Shown here piece by piece: positions 10,784 to 20,398 of a stretch of 64,000 bases of DNA (position 1 is its first letter; every line of letters starts with the position of its first letter). The translations under genes were made by a program, and so were the position numbers. The notes below the pieces were generated by a model. It was not told the origin of the DNA, searched no databases, and saw only the letters and a program-made list of their open reading frames with translations. This DNA is from Fluviicola sp. (GTDB lineage: Bacteria > Bacteroidota > Bacteroidia > Flavobacteriales_D > Crocinitomicaceae), in NCBI RefSeq assembly GCF_031260455.1, contig NZ_JAIRJW010000037.1. One strand, written 5' to 3'.

Positions 10784-11479
10784 ATGACACCAGAAGTTCG
10801 CTTTCAGGATTTGGGGCTGATCGATTATCAGGAAGCCTGGGATTACCAGGAAAAACTGTTTGCCCAAAGCATTACGCTAAAAATTGAGCGGAGGAATGGC
10901 ACCAGCCAGGAGGAAACGAAAAACTACCTGTTGTTTTGTGAGCATCCGCACGTATATACACTTGGGAAAAGCGGAACAGAAGATCACCTGCTCCTGAATC
11001 AGGAAGGTTTGAATGAATTCGATGCAAAGTTCTACAAAATCAACCGCGGTGGCGACATTACCTACCATGGACCCGGACAGCTCGTTGCCTACCCGATTTT
11101 CGACCTCGATTACTTCTTTACCGATATCCACAAATACATGCGCTATCTTGAAGAAGCCGTAATTCAGGTTCTGGCTCATTACGGAGTGAGGGGAGAACGC
11201 TCGGAAGGGCTTACCGGCGTGTGGATCGACACAGACAAACCAACCGCGCGAAAAATCTGCGCAATGGGTGTGAAATCATCCCGCTGGGTCACTATGCATG
11301 GAATCGGATTCAACATTAATTCCAATCTTTCCTATTTTTCTCATATCGTACCTTGCGGAATTGAAGATAAATCTGTAACTTCCTTGCAACAGGAGCTTGG
11401 AAGTCCGGTTGACATGCAGGAAGTAAAAAACCTGCTGAAAGAAAAACTAGCTTCCCAATTCGGATTTACTTACGCATAA
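10784..11479 (+). CDS. lipB: Lipoyl(octanoyl) transferase
   Basis: KINRGGDITYHGPGQLVAYPI and the KICAMGVK region. 231 aa. Confidence 0.9.
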   Translation: MTPEVRFQDLGLIDYQEAWDYQEKLFAQSITLKIERRNGTSQEETKNYLLFCEHPHVYTLGKSGTEDHLLLNQEGLNEFDAKFYKINRGGDITYHGPGQLVAYPIFDLDYFFTDIHKYMRYLEEAVIQVLAHYGVRGERSEGLTGVWIDTDKPTARKICAMGVKSSRWVTMHGIGFNINSNLSYFSHIVPCGIEDKSVTSLQQELGSPVDMQEVKNLLKEKLASQFGFTYA

Positions 11480-11484
11480 TAGTC

Positions 11485-12720
11485 ATGAAACGCACCCTAC
11501 TCAAATGGTTGAAACGAATCGGTTGGTTTGTTTTAATTCTTTTTCTGTCTCTAAACATCTTCGTGGTTCTAAGCGGGCGTTTCTATCTCTATAAAGGAGT
11601 TTATTACACTTACCTGCACGGGGAAACATCTCCTACGATCTACGACCTGGATAAGTTTTACAACGCTACAGTGAAAGCCCCGGAGAAAAAAGAACCGTGG
11701 AAATTCAATCTGGCAAAAGGAGAAGCCTTGAGTAGTGAGGATTTAAAGTACATGGACACCTGGCGCACCTCTTCGTTCCTGGTTGTTAAAAATGACAAAA
11801 TAGTCTATGAACACTATTGGGATGAGCACCATCCTGAAACGGTTTCCAACTCGTTTTCTGCAGCAAAAACGGTAGTGAGCATCCTGGTTGGGATTGCTAG
11901 AGAAGAAGGGCACATCAAAAGCCTGGATGAACCGGTGCACAAATACATTCCCGAATTTTCAGGAAAAGGCAAAGAAAAAATCACCATCCGGCACCTGCTC
12001 ATGATGGCTTCCGGGCTGGATTGGACCGAAAGTGGTAAAAATCCGTTATCAGAAAACGCGGAATCATACTACGGCTGGGATTTGAGAGGGCTGGTTACCC
12101 GGCAGCATGCCATCCGCGAACCGGGAAAGGAATTTATTTATCAAAGCGGAAACTCACAATTACTTAGTTTCATCGTTGAAAAAGCAACTGGTAAAGACCT
12201 CGCAACATACGCCTCCGAAAAGCTTTGGAAGCCGATAGGTGCCGAATCCGACGCATTCTGGAGCCTAGATAAGAAAAACGGAGATGAAAAAGCCTTCTGC
12301 TGCCTCTACAGCACCACAAGAGATTTTGCCCGGATCGGGAAAATACTGGCCAATCACGGAAAATGGAACAAAAAACAAGTCATACCAGGCGAATATTTTG
12401 ACGAAATGGTTCGAAACCCGGAAATGACAACCGAAGAAGGCGTTCCGAATACAAGATACGGGCTGCACATCTGGACTTATGTCAGTAACGGTCACCCTGT
12501 TTATTATTGCCGTGGAATCAAAGGCCAGTACATCATTGCAATCCCGGATGAGCAACTTATTATTGTGAGAACCGGACACGAAAGAGCTCCGAATGTCGAA
12601 CGGGAAATCCTGCAACAGGGAGATACAGAAGCAAATCGTGAAAAGATCGGGCATCCGGCAGATTTGTTTGAATACATCCGCATGGGAAGAGTAATTGCAA
12701 TAAAATCTGCCGATAAATAA
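11485..12720 (+). CDS. Serine hydrolase of the beta-lactamase (class C/PBP4*-like) family, membrane anchored
   Basis: N-terminal TM helix, S-x-x-K motif (SAAK) and the general family look (YQSGNSQLL..). Confidence 0.7.
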   Translation: MKRTLLKWLKRIGWFVLILFLSLNIFVVLSGRFYLYKGVYYTYLHGETSPTIYDLDKFYNATVKAPEKKEPWKFNLAKGEALSSEDLKYMDTWRTSSFLVVKNDKIVYEHYWDEHHPETVSNSFSAAKTVVSILVGIAREEGHIKSLDEPVHKYIPEFSGKGKEKITIRHLLMMASGLDWTESGKNPLSENAESYYGWDLRGLVTRQHAIREPGKEFIYQSGNSQLLSFIVEKATGKDLATYASEKLWKPIGAESDAFWSLDKKNGDEKAFCCLYSTTRDFARIGKILANHGKWNKKQVIPGEYFDEMVRNPEMTTEEGVPNTRYGLHIWTYVSNGHPVYYCRGIKGQYIIAIPDEQLIIVRTGHERAPNVEREILQQGDTEANREKIGHPADLFEYIRMGRVIAIKSADK

Positions 12721-12966
12721 GTCCTGTCTGTCCCGACTTCTTTTAGAAGCAAATGAGTCAGCTATCTGTACATCGTTCAACAGAATTCACCCCGAAGTTT
12801 GTGGACAAGAAAACATCTCCGGAACTGTTATGCAATACATTATTTTAAGATTTCGCAGTCTGCTCTTCTATAGCCACTGTATTTACAGCAAAGCAACCTC
12901 TAAAAATTCTGCAGGCAGGCAAAGAGAATCTCGTCAGTCTCTTATGAGAGTTGAATCACAAATGAT

Positions 12967-12974
12967 TACCTTTG
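12967..12974 (+). promoter_or_regulatory. -7 promoter box TACCTTTG
   Basis: TAnnTTTG match 22 nt upstream of the ATG at 12996. Confidence 0.35.
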
Positions 12975-12995
12975 CATTCCAAAATCCGGATTATC

Positions 12996-13406
12996 ATGCG
13001 TGAAGAACTCAAAAGTCTCCCGGCTGAAAATGTGAAAATGGTCGTTGTACCCGAAACAAACGAAGAAGGAGAAATCCAGCACTACGTTTATTTACTGAAT
13101 CTCCGGGACGATATCATGGAAGGAATCATCGTCACAAGCAAAGGATACGGAGAAGATGTCAATACCGGTGAGAAAATCAAAACTTCTACACTTCGTCACT
13201 CCCTGGAAGTGCTACTTCCGAATGAAGCTGCTAAAATCGAACCGATTATGGAGGAAGTATTCGGCCTTACAAACGAATACTGGGTTTCTTTCTGGATCGA
13301 AGATGTTTTGTACGACAAAAAATTCATCTTCCTGCCGGAAACCATCAGCGAGAAGAATTTCATCGGGATCCCGAAACTGGGAGGAAAAGGAATTATGGTT
13401 GGATAA
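12996..13406 (+). CDS. Hypothetical protein (136 aa)
   Basis: Open frame with an ATG at 12996; the track ORF starts at a TTG at 12972. No recognisable motif. Confidence 0.5.
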   Translation: MREELKSLPAENVKMVVVPETNEEGEIQHYVYLLNLRDDIMEGIIVTSKGYGEDVNTGEKIKTSTLRHSLEVLLPNEAAKIEPIMEEVFGLTNEYWVSFWIEDVLYDKKFIFLPETISEKNFIGIPKLGGKGIMVG

Positions 13407-13554
13407 AGAAGGTGATTTATACCAATTGCGCATTCAATACAGATACATTTCATCACTCTTTTTGCATATAGTATCATTATTATTTACTAAAAAAACAGAA
13501 CTCAATTTTTTTCGAAAAACGAAGAAAAAATTTGGAATTTCGTTTTATACGAAA

Positions 13555-13562
13555 TACATTTG
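13555..13562 (+). promoter_or_regulatory. -7 promoter box TACATTTG, about 410 nt upstream of the next + strand start codon
   Basis: Perfect TAnnTTTG match in an AT-rich stretch. It implies a long leader or an independent RNA. Confidence 0.3.
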
Positions 13563-13599
13563 TTTTTAACCTTTTTTAAGGAAAATCATTTAGGTAGTG

Positions 13600-13934
13600 C
13601 GTAGCATGACTTTTCTCAATCGGAAAATCTCCAAAATTTCAAGTAGAGAGAAAACGTCAGGAAGCGCGCCCGTTTTCACGGGCGTGTTCCTTGGTGTATT
13701 TGATTCTACAAGGCGTTTGGAGATGCCTCCGGTTGTTAAATACTGCTGAGGTTCACGCCCTCCCTTAGAATCACGATTATAAACGGTCTTCCGGAACCTC
13801 AGAGACACTAGTACAATATCTTATGAAAAATTAAATCCCTCGCTCACATGTATGGTGAAACCGCTTGCAGGATGCAGTTTGGTTTCACGAAAAGAAAGCC
13901 GCAGGCTTTCGGTAACGGACAAATGACACATGTG
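13600..13934 (+). promoter_or_regulatory. Highly structured non-coding region (candidate 5' leader or ncRNA) upstream of the M4 protease gene
   Basis: Nested stems: CGCCCG/CGGGCG hairpin near 13668-13685, and CTGAGGTTC/GAACCTCAG (about 13746-13803). There is also a three-way junction, CACATGT (13845-13851)/ACATGTG (13928-13934), enclosing GTGAAACC/GGTTTCAC and GAAAGCC/GGCTTTC hairpins. Confidence 0.3.
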
Positions 13935-13972
13935 TATTTATCCTTGTTTCACATTAAAAATCAGGAAATAAT

Positions 13973-15926
13973 ATGAAAACCCTATTAACAATCGCTTGTA
14001 TTACCCTCGTAAAAATCGGTTTCGGGCAATATACCCAATACGAGCAGTACGTAACTCCTTTTCTTTCCGCTCCCATTGAGAGCGGCTTTTTCTATTTTAC
14101 CACTCCCAATAACATCCAGGCAGGCCAGTTGTATCAGTTCTACCGCACCAATGCCCCCGATTTAAACAATAACATGGTATTAATCGATCAGCATACGGAC
14201 AGCCTGGCTCATTTAACCCACTACAAATACCAGCAAACGTATATGAATATTCCCATTGAAGGGGCGGGCTGCATCGAACACCACAATCCGGATGAATCAC
14301 TGCTGTTCATTAATGCAAAAATAGCAGACTCGATTAAGAAGGATCACCGACCGCGAATAACGGCTGAAGAAGCCATAAAAAAACTGCTGGATGAATTAAA
14401 CAAACAGGGAATATTCAAATTTGCCTGGGAAGATCCGCACCGACAATGCAGACAGTTCCGCAACCTGGTTCCCAACAGCAGAATTAATCTGGGCCGTTGA
14501 TACTCTGAAAGATATGCACCTGGTAATCCCGGGTTCCAGGTATTCACTGGCATATAAAATCCCGGTCACAATCATTGTCCCTGATTTTGAAACATTCCAT
14601 TATTATGTAGATGCAAATAGTGGTGCGATACTCAAAATACGGCCTACTCATATTGATGTTACTGCAGATGTGTATGGGTACGGAAACAGAAACATCGACA
14701 CCAAATGGAGAGGAGGTTTTATTCAAAAATACGAACTGGATGCCGAAGATGATACCCACAATATTCATACGAAAAAATATACTACACCATTTCAAACTTG
14801 GGATAATATGCCGGATACGCGCTCTTCTGCTTCCAATTGGGGAAGCACTTACCTGACAGAAACCTCTACACATTTCCATGTCACAAATACTTGGGACTAT
14901 TTCAGAAATGTATTCGGAAGGACCGGACAAAACAACGCAGGTAGAGAAATCCATGTCATGACACAGTGGAATAATGCTAACGCCTATTTTGAATCCGGTA
15001 ATAATTACAACAATTTGGTCTTCGGTAAGAAGAATGCCTGGGATTGGGGAATGGAGCCTTCTATTGTAGCACACGAGTTTACACATGGAGTTACCCATCA
15101 CACCGCAGGATTAATATATCAGTATGAGACTGGTGCCATAAATGAATCTTTCAGTGATATTTTTGGTATAGTTATTCAAGCGACTACGCTTGATGCTGAT
15201 TTAACTGATTGGATTCTGGGTAACTTTATTCCGTATGCCCCTACCCGTTCACTGAAAGATCCCAATTCTATGGGAATACACTTTGATGCTTCCGGAAACC
15301 AGCAAACCGGTCAGCCAGACACTTACAATGGAACATATTGGTACACGGGATCATTAGACAATGGAGGAGTGCATATCAATTCGGGAGTTCAAAACAAATG
15401 GTTCCATGTCTTGGCTCATGGTGATGACGGGTATAATGATTTGTCCAATTACTATCATGTGAACGGAATCGGTATGACAAAAGCTGCCAAAATCGCCTAC
15501 TACGCCCTTACTTCTGTTTTGTTGCCTTCCTCACAATACTCTGACTCCCGACAAGCAACTGTCAGTGCTGCCAAAATCCTTTACGGTGAATGTTCAGTGG
15601 AGCATCAGGCAACCATTGATGCCTGGTATGCAGTTGGCATAGGAAGTGTGAATAATTGTAGTTTCACGGCTTCTCTCAATGAAATCGCGCCGGAAGATGT
15701 TTCTGCCTTCCCCAATCCTGCAAATACTGTCGTTACATTTGATTTACCTGCCATTGCAGATGGGCCGATCCGAATTATGGACATATCCGGCAACCTGGTG
15801 AAAGAGCTGAAAAGCGATTTGTTGTTCTTTCAAACCGATATATCCGGGTTTGCCAATGGAATTTATTTTGTAAATTTCAACTTTAAGAGTAATCAAGTTG
15901 TAAAACGAATCATTGTACAAAAATGA
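13973..15926 (+). pseudogene. Thermolysin-like M4 zinc metalloprotease with FTP/PepSY-type propeptide and T9SS C-terminal sorting domain, split into two overlapping frames (13973-14500 and 14421-15926)
   Basis: ORF A carries the signal peptide and propeptide. ORF B carries HExxH (VAHEFTHGV), the third zinc ligand region (GAINESFSDIFG), GGVHINSGV and a Por/T9SS tail. ORF B lacks a signal peptide and starts at a TTG. The paralog at 16704 reads continuously across the junction. This could be a true frameshift or a sequencing error. Confidence 0.6.
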
Positions 15927-16654
15927 AGAAGTATATAGCTATACTACTCACAATGCTTGGAATTAGCATGGTGAATTCCCAAGATAACAACCGGATCTCG
16001 TTGCAAACAGGTCTGTTTCACAATTATTTTGATGGTTCCCCGATGCTGAATACCAACTACCCTGAAAGAGGAGGTGTCAACTACGTGTTCAGAGGGCTTC
16101 TCTATAATTCGGTAGGTTTGCAATACAAGCGAAAACTCAATACCAAAAATACTTTAGGTGTTGAGTATATGAACTACAATGAATTTTACTGGAACACACC
16201 GCATCTACTCTCTGACAAATATGCAGTGTCATACAGGAAATACAGAACAATTAATATCACTTATGAAAGGAACATTCCTCTGGCATCACATTTCAATTTT
16301 ATGTATGGTGGTGGGATGAATTATAGAAACGGATTGGAAGAAATTCATGAAGCAAATTCTTTTCCATTCTCTGAACGTCCATATCCATTAAGGAAAGTAA
16401 GCGACTTTGGTGGGAATTTAAGGGTGGGAATTGAGTACTCTCCTACACTTTGGATTACCCTGTTTTCAGCCTTTGATTTGATCGGTTTATGTTATATAAA
16501 TGATAATATTGGTGATTACTCAAATGATGGAACAGATTTATATGCGAACGATAAAAAAACGATTAAAACAATAAGAAATTCGGGCTACAAAGCATACCCT
16601 TATTATTTTGATCTATCCTGGAGGTTCGGAATTGGATTTAATTTCGGTAAGTAA
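15923..16654 (+). CDS. Hypothetical secreted protein, possibly a small outer-membrane beta-barrel
   Basis: Signal peptide MKKYIAILLTMLGISMVNSQ, alternating aromatic/Gly-rich segments and an aromatic-rich C-terminus (WRFGIGFNFGK). ATGA overlap with the protease stop codon. Confidence 0.5.
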   Translation: MKKYIAILLTMLGISMVNSQDNNRISLQTGLFHNYFDGSPMLNTNYPERGGVNYVFRGLLYNSVGLQYKRKLNTKNTLGVEYMNYNEFYWNTPHLLSDKYAVSYRKYRTINITYERNIPLASHFNFMYGGGMNYRNGLEEIHEANSFPFSERPYPLRKVSDFGGNLRVGIEYSPTLWITLFSAFDLIGLCYINDNIGDYSNDGTDLYANDKKTIKTIRNSGYKAYPYYFDLSWRFGIGFNFGK

Positions 16655-16703
16655 TCGCAATAAGACACGAATAATTTTTTATATTCTCGTTAGCTTTAAA
16701 ACT

Positions 16704-17627
16704 ATGAAAACTAAATTTTTAACACTTGTATGTATCGGATTTGCAGTATTCACATATGGGCAATACCAAAAATATGTGGAGTATATTACTCCGTTTCTTT
16801 CAGGTCCCCCTTCAAGTGGTTTTTATGACCTTATTACTCCAAACAATTTTTTGCAACCTGGGCAACTGTATGAAGGATACAAGGCATTTGCAGGTGATCC
16901 ATTCAATGATATGCTGGTAACAAGTGATTATGTAGATAATTTGGCACAGATGAGGCATGTTACATACCAGCAGACTTACAAAAACATTCCCGTTGAGGCG
17001 GCGGGATGTGTCGAGCATTTTAACAGCGAAGAATCTTTGTCTTTCATTAATGCGAAAATGGCAGATTCCATTAACCAAGATGTAGCACCTCAAGTTACCC
17101 CTGAATATGTTCTCAATAATTTATTACTCTCGTTAAGTGAGAGTGGGGAATCCGTTGTTGATCATTCCGGTGTGGAACTGCTTTGGGCGATCGACTCAGC
17201 ATATAATGTTGGAGCTGTCATTCCCGGAAGTCGCTACACATTGGTTTATGCTGTTCTTATTTATACCAGTGATACCTGGGATCCGGATATTTGGTATGGC
17301 AATAGGTACTACATCGATCCGCAAACAGGAGAAATTTTGAAAATCCGGTCCACCGGAATTTCGGAAACTACAGGCATAAACGAAATAGCTGATCTAAGCA
17401 TCGTAATATATCCCAATCCAACCGGCTCAATGTTGATAATTGAATTGCCTCAAATGACTGATAATCCGATCCAGATTATGGATATATCCGGCAACCTGGT
17501 GAAAGAGCTGAAAAGCGATTTGTTGTTCTTTCAAACTGATATATCCGGATTTGCCAATGGAGTTTATTTGGTTAAGTTTAATTTCAAAGGCAATCAGATC
17601 GTAAAACGAATCATCGTGCAAAAATAA
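16704..17627 (+). CDS. Paralog of the M4 protease propeptide fused directly to a T9SS C-terminal domain (no catalytic domain)
   Basis: Signal peptide MKTKFLTLVCIGFAVFTYGQ. The N-terminal ~220 aa align with ORF 13973-14500 plus the start of 14421-15926. There is no HExxH. The last ~50 aa are nearly identical to the protease tail. Confidence 0.7.
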   Translation: MKTKFLTLVCIGFAVFTYGQYQKYVEYITPFLSGPPSSGFYDLITPNNFLQPGQLYEGYKAFAGDPFNDMLVTSDYVDNLAQMRHVTYQQTYKNIPVEAAGCVEHFNSEESLSFINAKMADSINQDVAPQVTPEYVLNNLLLSLSESGESVVDHSGVELLWAIDSAYNVGAVIPGSRYTLVYAVLIYTSDTWDPDIWYGNRYYIDPQTGEILKIRSTGISETTGINEIADLSIVIYPNPTGSMLIIELPQMTDNPIQIMDISGNLVKELKSDLLFFQTDISGFANGVYLVKFNFKGNQIVKRIIVQK

Positions 17628-17789
17628 TACGTAAAATTACAATTCATATTACAGACAGAAAACTTAAGACCCAGTTCAAAAGCACAGACACAATGAAAGA
17701 AAACCCCGACTCCAATAATTGGATATCAAGGTTTTACATGAAATATTGTCAAGTCTCTAGTCTTACATCTAAAGTCTGACAGTAGTCTC

Positions 17790-18950
17790 TTAAAGAGTTC
17801 CTCGTTTCTCCTGCTCTCTTTCGATGGATTCGAACAAAGCCTTGAAGTTTCCTGCTCCAAAGCCACGAGCTCCCATACGCTGGATGATTTCGAAGAACAA
17901 AGTCGGACGGTCCTCAACCGGTTTGGTAAAAATCTGCAATAAGTATCCCTCATCATCCGCATCAATCATGATTCCCAATTTCTGCAATTCATTGATGTCT
18001 TCCTTGAATTTCGACATGTGATCTTTCAATCGCTCAGGGATTGCATCGTAATATGCTTGCGGAGGAGTTGATAAAAACTCAATTCCACGTGAACGCATAT
18101 CTGTAACTGTCGTGATGATATCATCTGTTGCAACAGCGATGTGCTGTACCCCCGGACCTTCGTAGAAATCAATATATTCTTCGATCTGGGATTTTTTCTT
18201 CCCTTCAGCCGGTTCGTTGATTGGAAATTTGATACGTCCGTTTCCATTCGACATCACTTTTGACATCAAAGCCGAATATTCTGTGGTAATCTGCTTATCG
18301 TCGAAAGAAAGGAAATTCACAAATCCCATCACATCTTCGTACCATTTTACCCAGGTATTCATTTCATTCCAGCCCACATTTCCTACCATGTGGTCAATGT
18401 ATTTCAAACCTACCGGAACAGGGTTGTAATCTGTTTCCCATTTCTGGTATCCAGGTAAAAACTGCCCTTTGTAGTTCTTGCGTTCCACGAATATGTGAAC
18501 CGTTTCGCCATACGTGTAAATTCCGGAACGCACCACTTCTCCGTGTTCATCCGTTTCAACCGTCGGCTCCATGAAGGATTTTGCTCCTCTGCTGGTCGTT
18601 TCTTCCCAGGATTTACGCGCATCATCTACCCACAGCGCAATGATTTTCACTCCGTCACCATGTTTTTTCACGTGCTCCCCGATCGGAGAATCACTCACCA
18701 GAGCAGTAGTGAATACCAAACGAATCTTATCCTGCTTCAATACATAGGATGCGCGGTCTTTCATTCCCGTTTCCAGTCCTGCATAAGCATGTGACTGGAA
18801 TCCGAAAGCCGTTTTGTAGAAATGTGCTGCTTGTTTCGCATTTCCCACATAAAACTCCACATAATCCGTTCCCAACAATGGAAGGAAGTCTTGCGCTCCT
18901 TCAAAAATTTTCTCTAATCCGTATTCAACGCTTTTAATTTCGTTACTCAT
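17790..18950 (-). CDS. hppD: 4-hydroxyphenylpyruvate dioxygenase
   Basis: 386 aa with two VOC-fold halves and the characteristic C-terminus ..IQRMGARGFGAGNFKALFESIEREQEKRG. Confidence 0.9.
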   Translation of the reverse strand: MSNEIKSVEYGLEKIFEGAQDFLPLLGTDYVEFYVGNAKQAAHFYKTAFGFQSHAYAGLETGMKDRASYVLKQDKIRLVFTTALVSDSPIGEHVKKHGDGVKIIALWVDDARKSWEETTSRGAKSFMEPTVETDEHGEVVRSGIYTYGETVHIFVERKNYKGQFLPGYQKWETDYNPVPVGLKYIDHMVGNVGWNEMNTWVKWYEDVMGFVNFLSFDDKQITTEYSALMSKVMSNGNGRIKFPINEPAEGKKKSQIEEYIDFYEGPGVQHIAVATDDIITTVTDMRSRGIEFLSTPPQAYYDAIPERLKDHMSKFKEDINELQKLGIMIDADDEGYLLQIFTKPVEDRPTLFFEIIQRMGARGFGAGNFKALFESIEREQEKRGTL

Positions 18951-19024
18951 AATCTTATTTAATTACCAATAATTTGAATGATAGATAATCAATTGAAATT
19001 GTTAAATTAATTGATTATTATGTA

Positions 19025-20179
19025 TTATAGCCAACTGGTTAAGTAATCCGCATCTTCCATATCGATCGCCGCCTGCGTTAATTTTAAAGGTTTAAACGTG
19101 TCAACCATGACAGCCAGCTCTTTTGTTTCCTTTTGCCCGATACTTCTCTCGTATGCTCCCGGATGTGGTCCGTGCGGAATTCCTCCCGGATGCAGGGAAA
19201 TATATCCTTTTTCCACGTGGTTTCTGCTCATGAAATCTCCGTCTACATAATATAGCACCTCATCGGAATCGATATTACTGTGATTATACGGAGCCGGAAT
19301 CGCAAGCGGGTGGTAATCGTACAATCTCGGAACAAAGGAACAGATCACAAAATTGTGCCCTTCAAAAGTCTGATGCACCGGAGGTGGCTGGTGCACACGT
19401 CCCGTAATCGGCTCAAATTCGTGAATCGAGAACGCATAAGGGAAGCTATATCCATCCCAGCCTGCCACATCGAAAGGATGCGAAGCATAGTGCAATTCGT
19501 GCAGCACATTTTCCTTTTTGACCAGGATAGTGAAATCTCCCAGTTCATCATGTGTTTCCAATTCGGAAGGTCCTCTCAGATCGCGTTCACAGAACGGAGA
19601 ATGCTCCAGTAACTGACCGAAGTTATTGCGGTAGTTTCGCGGCGTATAAACCGGCGAAAACGATTCAACAATAAACAAACGGTTTTGCTCTGTTTCAAAT
19701 TCAATCTGGTAGATCATTCCACGTGGAATAACTAGGTAATCTCCGTAGCCGAAAGGAATATTTCCCATCATTGTACGCAATTTCCCACTTCCTTCATGAA
19801 TAAAAATCACTTCATCCGCATCGGCATTCTTATAGAAATAAGTCGTCATGGACTTTTTCGGTGCGGCAAGCGCAATGTTCAGATCATTGTTGAACAGAAC
19901 AATCTCACGAGACTCCAGGAAGTCGTCTTTCGGAGTCACGTTAAATCCTCTCAACATGCGGGAAGTGATATTTTTATTTACCGCCGGAACAGGAGTCAGG
20001 TCCTTGAAAGTCTTCACCGATTTAACCATCGTCGGACGGTGCACATGATATAATAAGGACGAAAAACCATGAAAGCCTTCCGTACCGAATAATTGCTCAT
20101 AATACAACTCACCCGACTCTTTGCGGAACTGTATATGTCTTTTAGAGGGAAACTCCCCTAAGCTATAATAAAAGGGCAT
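19025..20179 (-). CDS. hmgA: Homogentisate 1,2-dioxygenase
   Basis: 384 aa cupin-type HGO sequence adjacent to hppD (tyrosine catabolism pair). Confidence 0.85.
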   Translation of the reverse strand: MPFYYSLGEFPSKRHIQFRKESGELYYEQLFGTEGFHGFSSLLYHVHRPTMVKSVKTFKDLTPVPAVNKNITSRMLRGFNVTPKDDFLESREIVLFNNDLNIALAAPKKSMTTYFYKNADADEVIFIHEGSGKLRTMMGNIPFGYGDYLVIPRGMIYQIEFETEQNRLFIVESFSPVYTPRNYRNNFGQLLEHSPFCERDLRGPSELETHDELGDFTILVKKENVLHELHYASHPFDVAGWDGYSFPYAFSIHEFEPITGRVHQPPPVHQTFEGHNFVICSFVPRLYDYHPLAIPAPYNHSNIDSDEVLYYVDGDFMSRNHVEKGYISLHPGGIPHGPHPGAYERSIGQKETKELAVMVDTFKPLKLTQAAIDMEDADYLTSWL

Positions 20180-20373
20180 ATTTTATTCAATTTTTTAACA
20201 TTCAACAAATAATTAAGCAATAAACTTCCGGTTTGTGAACAAACAACCTTCGTGTCAACTCCAGCCATCTAACACCCGAAAGTTACGCAAAATACCGACA
20301 AAATATGTTATAAAAAATGAGAATTGTCAGTTTTTATACGAAAGTGATCTCTTTTATTGGCAGGAAAAAAAAG

Positions 20374-20381
20374 TATATTTG
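20374..20381 (+). promoter_or_regulatory. -7 promoter box TATATTTG
   Basis: TAnnTTTG match 17 nt upstream of the ATG at 20399. This supports the shorter start. Confidence 0.4.
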
Positions 20382-20398
20382 CGAACAAATCGCACCCC

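Noticed and set aside
13590-13808. 72-aa minus-strand ORF in the long intergenic region
   Set aside because: The sequence is Arg/Thr/Leu-rich and non-protein-like and has no partner genes on that strand. The region is better explained by RNA secondary structure.
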